Shown one piece after another: positions 10,181 to 19,608 of a stretch of DNA of 64,000 nt (position 1 is its first letter; each line of letters opens with the position of its first letter). Below the pieces are notes generated by a model. It saw only the letters and a list, made by a program, of their open reading frames with translations, searched no databases and was not told the DNA's origin. Source of the stretch: Alphaproteobacteria bacterium (GTDB lineage Bacteria > Pseudomonadota > Alphaproteobacteria > UBA2966); contig OZ219856.1 in assembly GCA_964291395.2 (NCBI GenBank), positions 352,001 to 416,000 of the forward strand. The letters run 5' to 3'. The position numbers were made by a program, and so were the translations under genes.

Positions 10181-11374
10181 CTACCGCGCAATGAGTGTAT
10201 TGCCGGCGGATACGGTTACCGTGCGATTCGTAGGATCTCTGACGATGCCCATGGGATCATCTCCATTCTGCACGGCCGCGACCGCCTCCTTGAGGAGGCG
10301 GCGAAACATGACAACACCTCGGTCCGTCGAGGCCAAGTGCTCCAGATCGTGTACGGCGATCGGCCTCTGACTTACCTGGGCTTCCTGGTCATCGGGCTCC
10401 CGCTGCGTATCCTCGTAGCTTCGCCGCGCTGCTTGAGTCCCGCTGGAGCGCCCTTCCGGTGCCTGGGCCAGGACCGACGGCACCGGAGTCCCATCTACGA
10501 CGCGCAAAGCCTCGATGTGAAACCCGATGGTGCGGGTACTGTCCACGGGCACCCACCAGCCGATCAGTCTGGACTTTTCGCTCTGCGCCTTGTCTCCGGG
10601 AAGGTACGGGTCGGCCACCGAACGCGCGTTGGGCACGAACACTTCCTGCACCCGCCGGTAGGTGAAGCCGTTCGGCAGCGTCGACGTTCTGATGTACGTC
10701 ATTCCAGTGGGCGTCTCTTCGAAATCGAGCTGCGGCAGCGCCTTGAAGAGGTCGGTGAAATGGGCCCCGCTGATGGTGGAATGCAGAAAGGCCGTATGCA
10801 CTGGATCCATGGCGTTTTCCTGGATCTGCAGCCAGTTGCATTCGGCCACGGCGCCGCGGCTGGTATTGCGGTAGGCGGTGAGGATCATGCCTTCGTCACT
10901 GAGGATGTCGTAGGCGGGAAACTCCGGCATGAGGTCGATCGGCCCCATGTAGGCGAACACCAGCCCACCGAATTCCCTGGTCGGATACCACGACTGCCGC
11001 ACCCGGTCCTTGCTCGTGCCGTCCGGAGGTTCTCCGGGCTGCTGCAGACAGCGCCCTTCCACGTCGTACAGCCAACCGTGATAGCAACAACGGATTCCTT
11101 CAGGTTCGATCCTGCCGTATTCCAGAGACGTCCCCCGGTGGGCGCAGTGCCGGTCAAGCACACCCACTCGTCCGTTCCCGTCCCGAAAGACGACCAGATC
11201 CTCGCCGAGGATACGGACTGCCCGGGGCAGGTCGGTGAGCTCCTCGGACAGGGCCACCGGCTGCCAGTAGCGCCTCAGGAGTTCACCCATCGGTGTACCG
11301 AACTCCACATGCGTGAGTTCGGCGTTCTCGTGCCGGAGCACGCCGACTTTTCCATATCCCGCTTCTTCGGTCAC
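10181..11374 (-). CDS. Rieske non-heme iron oxygenase, phthalate 4,5-dioxygenase/LigX-like
   Basis: CAHRG...CCYHGW, ENAMDPVHTAFLH; GTG start after AAGGAGGAG. Confidence 0.92.
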   Translation of the reverse strand: MTEEAGYGKVGVLRHENAELTHVEFGTPMGELLRRYWQPVALSEELTDLPRAVRILGEDLVVFRDGNGRVGVLDRHCAHRGTSLEYGRIEPEGIRCCYHGWLYDVEGRCLQQPGEPPDGTSKDRVRQSWYPTREFGGLVFAYMGPIDLMPEFPAYDILSDEGMILTAYRNTSRGAVAECNWLQIQENAMDPVHTAFLHSTISGAHFTDLFKALPQLDFEETPTGMTYIRTSTLPNGFTYRRVQEVFVPNARSVADPYLPGDKAQSEKSRLIGWWVPVDSTRTIGFHIEALRVVDGTPVPSVLAQAPEGRSSGTQAARRSYEDTQREPDDQEAQVSQRPIAVHDLEHLASTDRGVVMFRRLLKEAVAAVQNGDDPMGIVRDPTNRTVTVSAGNTLIAR

Positions 11375-11480
11375 CGGCTCCTCCTTGCCCCGACGCCGGG
11401 GCGCATATCGTCCAGATACGAAACCAAGAACCTTGCCGGACCTCCGCGGATCCCCGGGCGCCGTATTGTAGCTGCAACGG

Positions 11481-11906
11481 TCACGCGGTATCGGCGGCCT
11501 CGACCGCTGCCTTGCCCGCCACCGCGCACTCGTGGTCTTCGTCGGCGCTTCCGCCGCCGCATCCGATGGCACCTATGACGCGCCCGTCCCGCTCGATCGG
11601 CACGGCGCCGGTGCTCGGCAGCACTTGACCGGGAAGGAGACTCGGCAGGGCGTTCCAGAAAGCGGGCTGCGTTTGAAGCAGCTCGACCAGATCCTTGGAA
11701 GGGCGCTTGAAAGCCACTGCCGCCACTGCCTTGCCCTGGGAGGTATTGGTATTGAAAATCCCTGCCCCGTCCGCCCGCGCCGTCAGAACAAGGCGACCCG
11801 CTTCGTCGACGACCGAAACGGTGATGGGTGGCGCGTTCAGGCTCTTGGCTTTTTCCTGCACCGCCCGCAGAGCGGTCAATGCCATGTCGAGAGTCATTTC
11901 GATCAT
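11481..11906 (-). CDS. GlcG/HbpS family heme-binding protein
   Basis: ITVSVVDEAG, GKAVAA, IGAIGCGGGSADEDHECA. Confidence 0.88.
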   Translation of the reverse strand: MIEMTLDMALTALRAVQEKAKSLNAPPITVSVVDEAGRLVLTARADGAGIFNTNTSQGKAVAAVAFKRPSKDLVELLQTQPAFWNALPSLLPGQVLPSTGAVPIERDGRVIGAIGCGGGSADEDHECAVAGKAAVEAADTA

Positions 11907-12221
11907 CGGGTTTGCTTCCTCGCGTCGGGTGGATGCCGAGCGGCACGATCTGACAAGAAGAACGAAGTGCCGGAACGCAGGATGAGCCGCCCGCAGGCGT
12001 CGAAAAATCATAGGAAGCGGTTTCGAAACCTGTCAACAACGCGCCCGATTCGGGCTCTCAACCCCCAATCGTTCGGTACGGGACGAGAGAACCGGCAACG
12101 ACCCTCGCGGTACTTGGTTTGTCTGCCGCAATCGGACGCCGCCAAGCGTGGGACAGGTTGATTTACCCCTGTCCGGCCGCTATGTCATAGCGGCAAACAA
12201 TAGGGAGAAGGCGGGAAGATC

Positions 12222-12548
12222 ATGACGGCATTCAACGATCGGGAAAAGGCCGCCGAGGCCAAGTTCAGCCGCGACCAGGAGACCGCCTTCAAGATCATGG
12301 CGCGGCGCAACAAGCTGCTCGGGTTGTGGGTGGCCGAGCATCTCGGGATCGATGGCGGCGAGGCGGAGGCCTATGCGCGCGAGGTCGTCAAGGCGGACTT
12401 CGAGCGCCCGGGTGAAGAGGACGTGTTCGAAAAGATTTGGGAGGATCTTCAGAGCAGGAGCATCGATCTCTCCGAGCATCGCGTCCGGCGCCAGATGGCC
12501 GACCTCATGGAAGAGGCGGAGCGCCAGATCGTCGAGGAAGGTACTTAG
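12222..12548 (+). CDS. DUF1476 protein (F1Fo-ATPase inhibitor zeta subunit family)
   Basis: MTAFNDREKAAEAKF...ARRNKLLGLW; usual position next to purB/purC. Confidence 0.9.
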   Translation: MTAFNDREKAAEAKFSRDQETAFKIMARRNKLLGLWVAEHLGIDGGEAEAYAREVVKADFERPGEEDVFEKIWEDLQSRSIDLSEHRVRRQMADLMEEAERQIVEEGT

Positions 12549-12565
12549 GGCTTTCCTTTCGTCGC

Positions 12566-12592
12566 CTCTCCCGCCGTCCGGCGGAGGGAGAG
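12566..12592. terminator. GC-rich REP-like hairpin between convergent DUF1476 and purB
   Basis: CTCTCCCGCC-GTCC-GGCGGAGGGAGAG stem-loop. Confidence 0.5.
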
Positions 12593-12623
12593 TTTGGTTG
12601 GAGCAGCTCGTGCTCCTTCCCGG

Positions 12624-13919
12624 CTACTCTCCGAACACGCGCTTGAAGATCGTATCCACGTGCTTGGTGTGATACCCGACGTCGAACAGCGCCTCGAGCT
12701 CGCCGTCGCTGAGCGCGTCCGTCACCCGTTTGTCCCTCTTCAGCAACTCGAGGAATCCGGTGCCGCTCTCGACGGCCTTCATCGCGTTGTCCTGAACCGC
12801 GGCGTAGGCGTCCTCGCGGCTGACATCCGCCTGCGTGAGCGCCAGCAGTACGCGCTGCGAATGGATCACCCCGCCGAGCGCCTCGAGGTTGCGCCGCATG
12901 TTCTCCGGATAGACGATCAGCCGGTCGACGACGGAGGTCAGGCGCGCCAGCGCGAAATCCAGCGTGACCGTGGCATCGGGGCCGATCATCCGCTCCACGG
13001 ACGAGTGTGAGATGTCGCGCTCGTGCCACAGCGCCACGTTCTCGAGCGCGGGGGTCACGGCGCCTCGGACCAGGCGGGCGAGGCCGGTCAGGTTCTCGGT
13101 CAGGATGGGGTTCTTCTTGTGCGGCATCGAGGAGGAGCCCTTCTGGCCTTCCGAGAAGAACTCCTGGGCCTCGCGCACCTCGGTCCGCTGCAGATGCCGG
13201 ACCTCCGTCGCCAACCGCTCCACGGAGCTCGCGACGACGCCGAGCGCCGCGAAGAACGCGGCATGGCGGTCGCGCGGGATGATCTGCGTCGACACGGGTT
13301 CCGGCGCCAATCCGAGGTTCTCCGCGACGTAGGCCTCGACCCGCGGGTCGACATTGGCGAACGTGCCCACCGATCCCGAGAGCTTGCACGTCGCCACCTC
13401 GCGCCGCGCCGTCTCCATCCGCTCCCGATTGCGCCGGAACTCGGCGTAAAAGCCCGCGAGCTTCAGGCCGAAGGTGGTCGGTTCGGCATGGATGCCGTGA
13501 CTGCGGCCGATGCACACCGTCTCCCTGTGCTCATGGGCCCGGCGCTCGAGCGCCTCGAGCAATCCATCGATGTCGGCGATGAGAATATCGGCGGCGCGCG
13601 CGAGCTGGACGGAGAGACAGGTGTCCAGCACGTCCGAAGACGTCATCCCCTGGTGCACGAACCGCGAAGGCTCGCCGACATGCTCCGCGACGTTGGTCAG
13701 GAAGGCGATCACGTCGTGGCGTGTCTCCTTCTCCAACTCGTCGATCCGCTCGATTTCGAAGGCCCCGCGCTTCCGGACCTCCCGGGCCGCCTCCCGCGGG
13801 ATGACGCCGAGGTCGGCCTGGGCCTCGCAGGCCAGGATTTCGATGTCGAGCCAGATCCGGAACCGGGCCTCGGGCTCCCAGATCGCGGCCATCTCCGGGC
13901 GGGAGTAGCGGGGGATCAT
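12624..13919 (-). CDS. purB: Adenylosuccinate lyase
   Basis: MIPRYSRPEM, TSSD, GRSHGIHAEP, GSSSMPHKKNP. Confidence 0.98.
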   Translation of the reverse strand: MIPRYSRPEMAAIWEPEARFRIWLDIEILACEAQADLGVIPREAAREVRKRGAFEIERIDELEKETRHDVIAFLTNVAEHVGEPSRFVHQGMTSSDVLDTCLSVQLARAADILIADIDGLLEALERRAHEHRETVCIGRSHGIHAEPTTFGLKLAGFYAEFRRNRERMETARREVATCKLSGSVGTFANVDPRVEAYVAENLGLAPEPVSTQIIPRDRHAAFFAALGVVASSVERLATEVRHLQRTEVREAQEFFSEGQKGSSSMPHKKNPILTENLTGLARLVRGAVTPALENVALWHERDISHSSVERMIGPDATVTLDFALARLTSVVDRLIVYPENMRRNLEALGGVIHSQRVLLALTQADVSREDAYAAVQDNAMKAVESGTGFLELLKRDKRVTDALSDGELEALFDVGYHTKHVDTIFKRVFGE

Positions 13920-14004
13920 CGGGCGAAACGTGTCCTTCCTGTTCTAGTTAGGCCTTCCGGGTGACACTGGCAAGGAATCCGTGGTCGGTCGGCGGGGAAA
14001 CCTG

Positions 14005-14170
14005 GTGATGACGCCGGCCCCTACCGAGTACGGGAACCTCGGGGCGTCTCCGGCGTTTTCAGGCGTCACCAGTTTCTGAGAGGTGTTCCGGCCGGTCGTG
14101 ATGTCGGGGTTGTGGCGGCCCGTCTTGATACGCGCCTGCATCGCGGGCGTAAGCACGTATCCCGGCGCAG
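14005..14170 (-). pseudogene. Degenerate C-terminal fragment of an SDR paralog
   Basis: APGYVLTPAMQARIKTG...LVTPENAGDAPRFPYSVGAGVIT aligns with SPGYVHTPMMQGRFDAG...VAEAFWFLCSDKAKAIT of the adjacent SDR. Confidence 0.65.
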
Positions 14171-14944
14171 CTAACGTGGAAAGGCGTTGTAGGAATTCGC
14201 GACGAGGACGCCGCAGTCGACCGGCAGATTGACGCCGGTGATCGCCTTGGCCTTGTCCGAGCACAGGAACCAGAACGCCTCTGCCACGTCCAGCATCTCG
14301 GTCATGGCGCCGAGCGCGGAATCCCGCTCCATTCTTTCCTTGTTGCGGATTCCCGCGTCGAAGCGGCCTTGCATCATGGGCGTGTGCACGTAGCCCGGCG
14401 AGACGGAATTCACCCGCACGTTGTGCGGCCCGCACTCGGCCGCCAGAATCTCCGTGAGGGAAATCACGGCGGTCTTGGCGGGGGAATACGCGGTCACCAT
14501 GTAGGGCGCGATGCCGAACATGGAGGCGACGTTGCCGATGACGCCGCGTTTCCGCTCCTTCATGCGAGGTACGATGGCCCGGCAACAGAGATAGACGCCG
14601 CGGTAGTCGACGTCCCAGACGCGGTCGTGCTCCGCCATCGGCAGCTCTTCGATGGCGAGGCCATCCTGCATGATACCGGCGTTGTTGACGAACACGTCGA
14701 TCGGGCCGTGGTCCCGCTCGACCTGCTCGACGAAGCCGTTGACCGAGTCTTCGTCGGTCACGTCGAGCGGGTAGTAGGCGGCGCTGCCGCCGTCCGCTTC
14801 GATCGAGGCCACGGTCTCGGCGCCGGCGTCGTCCAGCACGTCGCCGATGACGACTTTGTCGCCGCCCTTGGAGAACCGCCGGGCCGTGGTCTCGCCGATC
14901 CCGCGCGCCGCGCCGGTGATGACCGTGAGACGTCGTTCGCTCAT
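14171..14944 (-). CDS. Short-chain dehydrogenase/reductase
   Basis: TGAARGIG, NNAG, YSPAK; ATGA overlap with the TauD gene. Confidence 0.92.
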   Translation of the reverse strand: MSERRLTVITGAARGIGETTARRFSKGGDKVVIGDVLDDAGAETVASIEADGGSAAYYPLDVTDEDSVNGFVEQVERDHGPIDVFVNNAGIMQDGLAIEELPMAEHDRVWDVDYRGVYLCCRAIVPRMKERKRGVIGNVASMFGIAPYMVTAYSPAKTAVISLTEILAAECGPHNVRVNSVSPGYVHTPMMQGRFDAGIRNKERMERDSALGAMTEMLDVAEAFWFLCSDKAKAITGVNLPVDCGVLVANSYNAFPR

Positions 14945-15831
14945 GCCGCCTTGTCGGCCTCGTCGGACAACGGCGCCAGATAGGGGCGGTCGCCTTTCAG
15001 CGTGGTCCGGTGCATGCGGCGGCGATGCCGCTCTTCGTCGAAGGGCAGAACGCGGTGCATGGAGGAGCGGTTGTCCCAGAAGATCACGTCGCCGGACCGC
15101 CACTCGTGGGTGTAGACGAACCGCGATTCCGTCGCGAAGGAGACGATCTCCTCGATGATCTCCTGGCTTTCCTCGAATTCCATGCCCTCGAAGTGGGAGA
15201 CCACCTGGTGGGCGAGGTAGAGCGCCCGGCGGCCGCTGACGGGATGCGTACGCAACGCCGGGTGCGCCACGGGCGGGACCTGGCGCCTCTGCTCCTCGGT
15301 CAGGGGCTCGCGGTGAGGCGTGTAATTGGTCCAGTAGTAGTTGTAGTCGTGGACCGCCCGTGCCCCCGCGAGGAACTCCTTCCTTTCGTCCGGCAGCGCC
15401 TCGTAGGCCGTGTACATGCTGGCGAACTGGGTCTGTCCCCCTTCGGGCGGGCATTCCAGGCAATGGAACAGGGAGCCGAGCGAGGGGCGCTCGCGATATG
15501 AATAATCGGAGTGCCAATGCCTGGCTCCGCCGCGCGCGCCGATCTCGCGCCCGTTCTCCACGACATTCGACACGATGAAGATTTCCGGATGTCCCGGCAT
15601 GTTGTACTGATCCGCGACGTGCGGCTCGAGCTCTCCGAAATATCGGCTGAACGCGATGTGCCGCTCGGGCGTAAGATCCTGATCGCGGAACAGGAGGATC
15701 GAGTTGTGGCTCAGCACCTCGTTGAGGCGGGCTATGGTGTCGGGCGGCGCGGGCCGCGACATGTCGATGCCATGGACTTCCATGCCGATGGCCGGCGACA
15801 GTGGGGTGAAGGTCGGTGAATCGTCGGTCAT
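14941..15831 (-). CDS. TauD/TfdA family 2-oxoglutarate dioxygenase
   Basis: WHSD, GGQTQF, WDNRSSMHR. Confidence 0.93.
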   Translation of the reverse strand: MTDDSPTFTPLSPAIGMEVHGIDMSRPAPPDTIARLNEVLSHNSILLFRDQDLTPERHIAFSRYFGELEPHVADQYNMPGHPEIFIVSNVVENGREIGARGGARHWHSDYSYRERPSLGSLFHCLECPPEGGQTQFASMYTAYEALPDERKEFLAGARAVHDYNYYWTNYTPHREPLTEEQRRQVPPVAHPALRTHPVSGRRALYLAHQVVSHFEGMEFEESQEIIEEIVSFATESRFVYTHEWRSGDVIFWDNRSSMHRVLPFDEERHRRRMHRTTLKGDRPYLAPLSDEADKAA

Positions 15832-15917
15832 GGGTCGCCGCACCCGTGGCGGTTCGTGGGAATCGCCCCTTCGCAGTAGGTCAGCGACGGAACCCTGTCA
15901 AGTCGCGGGAGACCGGA

Positions 15918-16535
15918 ATGGCCAAGCTTCGTCCCTCCATGTCGGTCGAGGAATTCGACGACGGCTATTTCTATGCTGCGGACCTCAAGGCCTTCGCCCG
16001 CCGACTCGGCATCGCCGTCGGCGGGCGGCGCAAGCTCGAGCTCGAGACGCTCATCCGCTGCTTTCTTCGAACGGGAACTGTTCCGACCGGCAGACCGGTA
16101 CTTGGTCGGAGATCCGGCGAAGAGCGCGACAGGCTCGCGGCCGAAACGATCGTCCGGGCCTATGTCGACGACAAGAGGACCAAAGCCTTCCTGCGCGGCC
16201 TCGTCCATGCGCGCGCGCCGTCGCTCAAGGACAAGTCGGGGCAGTGGTACTGGCTCAACGACTGGCGCCGCACGCAGCTTCAGGCGGGCAATCGCATAAC
16301 CTACGCGGATCTCGGCAACCGATTGCTGGAGCTCATGCGCAGCGAGAAACGCCTGCCCCGGATCCCTGCCGCCCGGTTCAACAATTTCATCACGGATTTC
16401 AGGGCGGACCCCGCGAACGAGGGCAAAAGCCGCGCCGATGCCCTGGCCGCCTGGGAGCACGTCAAGTCCGTTCCCGGCCCGAAAACCTACGAGGCCTACG
16501 CGACCCTCAAGCCCAGCCGCCGGCGAAAGGCATGA
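15918..16535 (+). CDS. Hypothetical protein, SAP-like/DUF6434-like
   Basis: RPSMSVEEFDDGYFYAADLKAFAR, FNNFITDF, AWEHVKSVPGPKTY. Confidence 0.7.
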   Translation: MAKLRPSMSVEEFDDGYFYAADLKAFARRLGIAVGGRRKLELETLIRCFLRTGTVPTGRPVLGRRSGEERDRLAAETIVRAYVDDKRTKAFLRGLVHARAPSLKDKSGQWYWLNDWRRTQLQAGNRITYADLGNRLLELMRSEKRLPRIPAARFNNFITDFRADPANEGKSRADALAAWEHVKSVPGPKTYEAYATLKPSRRRKA

Positions 16536-17238
16536 CGTGGCCGGTGATGAAATCGCTTTTGTGCGAGGCGAAAAACGCCACCAGCGCGGCCACCTCTTCA
16601 GGCTTGCCGAGGCGCTTCAGCGGGATGTTCCGCGTCATCTTGGCCAGGGCTTCCGGATCGCCGACCAGTTCGGGCGGGAAATAGGTCGGGCTCTCGACAT
16701 AGTTGGGCGCGATCGCGTTGACCTGGATGTTGTCTCGGCCGAGTTCCTGAGCGAGCGACACGGTGAGCGCATTGGTGGCGCCGCGCGCCGTCACGTACAT
16801 CGAGTAATTCGGCAGTCCCCGCAACGGCGTCGCCGAGGTGATGAACAGGATCTTGCCCCGCTTCCGCTCCTTCATCTGCGGTACGACGGCACTGGCCATC
16901 TCGAACGGAAAGACCACCATTTCGTCGAGCGCCGAACGCATGTCGTCCGGGCTCGCCGTCTCGACGGGCGCGCGGACCGCGGCGCCGGCATCGTTGCAGA
17001 TGACCACGTCGACCCGGCCCTCGGTCTCGGTCGCGGCCGCGACGATCTGGGCCGGCGTCTGAGCCCGGATGACGGTGAGCTTTGGATTGGCCGCGGCGAA
17101 TCTTTCCGCCGTTGCGGCATCCGCGAAGCTCTTGTCGTGACAGACCACCGTTGCCTCCTGGGCGGCGAGCTCGGCCGCGACGGGCCGGCCCACGAAATGT
17201 TCCACGTTGGTGATCAGGACGATGCGGTCTTTGAGCAT
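16507..17238 (-). CDS. Halohydrin dehalogenase (SDR fold)
   Basis: T-X4-F-X-G (TNVEHFVG) and S-X12-Y-X3-R (SATPLRGLPNYSMYVTAR) motifs, APNYVESPTYFP. Confidence 0.88.
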   Translation of the reverse strand: MLKDRIVLITNVEHFVGRPVAAELAAQEATVVCHDKSFADAATAERFAAANPKLTVIRAQTPAQIVAAATETEGRVDVVICNDAGAAVRAPVETASPDDMRSALDEMVVFPFEMASAVVPQMKERKRGKILFITSATPLRGLPNYSMYVTARGATNALTVSLAQELGRDNIQVNAIAPNYVESPTYFPPELVGDPEALAKMTRNIPLKRLGKPEEVAALVAFFASHKSDFITGHVMPFAGGWA

Positions 17239-17253
17239 CCAAGCTCCCATCCT

Positions 17254-17934
17254 CTACAGGAGTCCCAGCTCGCGGAAGCTGGCGTGGCCCCTCTTGGCGA
17301 CGATGACGTGGTCATGCACCGCGATGCCGAGCTTGTCGGCCGCGTCCGCCACGTGTCGGGTGATCTCGATGTCGGCCTTCGACGGCGTGGGATCGCCGCT
17401 CGGGTGATTGTGGACCAGGATCACCGCCGAGGCCGCGACCTCGAGCGCCCGCTTCACCACTTCACGGGCGTAGACGGGCGTATGGTCGACCGTGCCGCGC
17501 CCTTGGACCTCGTCCGCGATCAGCCCGTTCTTGCGGTCGAGGTAAAGAACGCGGAACTGTTCCGTCGTCTCGAACGCCATGACGGTCCGGCAGTAATCGA
17601 CCAGCGTGTCCCAGGAACCGATGGTCGCGCGGTCTCCGACCGGCCCCCGTGTCAGGCGTTGGGCCGAAGCCTGGACCGTCTTCAGGGCGACCACCGCGGC
17701 CTCGCCGATTCCCTCGACTTCCAAGAGGCGCGCGGGCTCCGCGGAGATCACCTCGGCGAAGCTGCCGAAGGTGTCGATCAGTCGTTTCGCGACGGGCTTC
17801 ACGTCCCGCCGCGGGATGGCCAGGAACAAGAGGAGTTCCAGAAGCTCGTAGTCTGGAAGGGCGTCCGCGCCCGCGTCCATGAACCGCGCGCGCAGGCGCT
17901 GGCGGTGTTCGTGATAGTGCGGCTTATCCGCCAC
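17254..17934 (-). CDS. radC: RadC/JAB-domain protein
   Basis: HRQRLRARF, Hh[20 protein letters not shown]. Confidence 0.95.
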   Translation of the reverse strand: MADKPHYHEHRQRLRARFMDAGADALPDYELLELLLFLAIPRRDVKPVAKRLIDTFGSFAEVISAEPARLLEVEGIGEAAVVALKTVQASAQRLTRGPVGDRATIGSWDTLVDYCRTVMAFETTEQFRVLYLDRKNGLIADEVQGRGTVDHTPVYAREVVKRALEVAASAVILVHNHPSGDPTPSKADIEITRHVADAADKLGIAVHDHVIVAKRGHASFRELGLL

Positions 17935-18763
17935 CGTCCGTGTCGTAAGGCGGGTGGTGGAAGCCCTTGGGCGATTGCGTGAAGATTTCGTACCCGGTCT
18001 CCGTCACGCCGATGGTGTGCTCGAACTGGGCCGACAGCGAGCGGTCCTTGGTCACCGCCGTCCAGCCGTCGGAGAGCAGTTTCACCTGCCATTTGCCGAG
18101 GTTGATCATCGGCTCGACGGTGAAGAACATGCCGGCCTTCAGCTCGACGCCCGTGCGGGGTTCGCCGAAATGCAGGATGTTCGGCGAATCGTGGAAGACC
18201 CGGCCGATGCCGTGGCCGCAGAAATCCCGCACCACCGAGCACCGGTGCGACTCCGCATGGGTCTGGATGGCGTGACCGATGTCCCCCGTGGTCGCTCCGG
18301 GGCGGACGGCCCCGATGCCGAGCATCATGGAGTCGTAGGTGACGTCGCACAGGCGCTGGGCCTTCCGGCCGACCTTGCCGACCGTGAACATGCGGCTCGA
18401 GTCCCCATGCCAGCCGTCGACGATCACGGTCACGTCGAGGTTCATGATGTCGCCGTCCTTGAGGAGGCGCTCGCCGGGGATGCCGTGACAGACGACGTGG
18501 TTGAGCGACGTGCAGATCGACTTTGGGAACCCGCGGTAGTGGAGCGGTGCCGGCACGGCACCGTGGTCGAGCACGAATTCGCCGCACAGCCGGTCGAGTT
18601 TCCCGGTGGTGATCCCGGGAACCACGAACGGCGTGATGTAGTCGAGGGTCTCCGCTGCCAGGCGGCCGGCCTTGCGCATGCCCTCGAACGCCTCGGGGCC
18701 GTGACGCTTCACTTCGGCCGTCCGGCGCGGGAGTACTTGCGTCTGGGTGGCGGTGCCGGTCAT
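17924..18763 (-). CDS. map: Type I methionine aminopeptidase
   Basis: CHGIP, DVTV, HGDSSR, GHGIG, EPM, SAQFEHT. Confidence 0.97.
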   Translation of the reverse strand: MTGTATQTQVLPRRTAEVKRHGPEAFEGMRKAGRLAAETLDYITPFVVPGITTGKLDRLCGEFVLDHGAVPAPLHYRGFPKSICTSLNHVVCHGIPGERLLKDGDIMNLDVTVIVDGWHGDSSRMFTVGKVGRKAQRLCDVTYDSMMLGIGAVRPGATTGDIGHAIQTHAESHRCSVVRDFCGHGIGRVFHDSPNILHFGEPRTGVELKAGMFFTVEPMINLGKWQVKLLSDGWTAVTKDRSLSAQFEHTIGVTETGYEIFTQSPKGFHHPPYDTDGGG

Positions 18764-18784
18764 GAAACCTGCGGTTCTCCCGGG

Positions 18785-19486
18785 CTATGGCCGCGCGAGC
18801 GGCACGGCGTTCTCCACGGTGATCGCCTCCGGCGTGAGTTTACAGGAATAGGCGACGGCCTCAACGCCGCTCTCCAGCGCCCGGGTCAGCCCCTCGTCGT
18901 AGTTGGGATCGATGTCGGCGGCGATCGAGAGATGGTCGCAATCGTCCCGCTGGATCAGGTACACCATGACCGCGCGGTGGCCCTGGGCCACCATGTCGGT
19001 CATCTCCACCAGGTGCTTGGCGCCCCGGGCCGTGACCGAATCGGGAAACTCGGCGGTTCCGGGCTCGCGGCTCAAGTGAACGTTCTTGACCTCGACGTAG
19101 CAGGCGGGCCCGTTCCCTTCGAGAAGGATGTCGATGCGCGAGTTCCTGCCGTACTTGACCTCGCGCCGCCGCGACCCGTAGCCCCGCAGTTCGGTGATGG
19201 TTCCCGCTTCGATGGCCTCGGCGACGAGGCCGTTCGGGTGTGCCGTGTTGATCCCGACGAGCGCCCGGCCGTCGTGCACCATCTCCCAGGTGTAGCGGAG
19301 CTTGCGTTCCGGGTTGGCGGCCGGCGACAGCCATACCTCGAGACCCGGATCCGTGAGGCCCAGCATCGAGCCGGGATTCGCGCAATGGGCCGTGACCACG
19401 TCGCCCGATTCGAGCTCCACGTCGGTCAGGAACCGCTTGTAGCGCTTGATCAGGGTGCCCTTGACGAGGGGATTGGGAAACCGCAT
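18785..19486 (-). CDS. sfsA: DNA/RNA nuclease SfsA
   Basis: KRYKRFL, HCANPGSM, SRID, VEVK, FPDSVTARGAKH. Confidence 0.97.
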   Translation of the reverse strand: MRFPNPLVKGTLIKRYKRFLTDVELESGDVVTAHCANPGSMLGLTDPGLEVWLSPAANPERKLRYTWEMVHDGRALVGINTAHPNGLVAEAIEAGTITELRGYGSRRREVKYGRNSRIDILLEGNGPACYVEVKNVHLSREPGTAEFPDSVTARGAKHLVEMTDMVAQGHRAVMVYLIQRDDCDHLSIAADIDPNYDEGLTRALESGVEAVAYSCKLTPEAITVENAVPLARP

Positions 19487-19608
19487 GGCTCAAGAGTAGT
19501 GGTGCCGGTGCCGGACTTCAAACGGCTCCGCGGCCAAGGCCCTCTTGCACGGGCGGCGCCGAGGGTTGAGGATTGCTCCTCGCGTCGTGTGATCGGGGAA
19601 AGCGCGCC

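Noticed and set aside
9752-11578. 608-aa plus-strand ORF
   Set aside because: Antisense shadow of the Rieske and SDR genes, common at high GC; no motifs
14171-15517. 448-aa extended SDR
   Set aside because: The extension overlaps tauD out of frame; the real start is ATG 14944
17254-17934. radC as a mobile-element marker
   Set aside because: Full-length HhH+JAB form in the housekeeping sfsA-map-radC context
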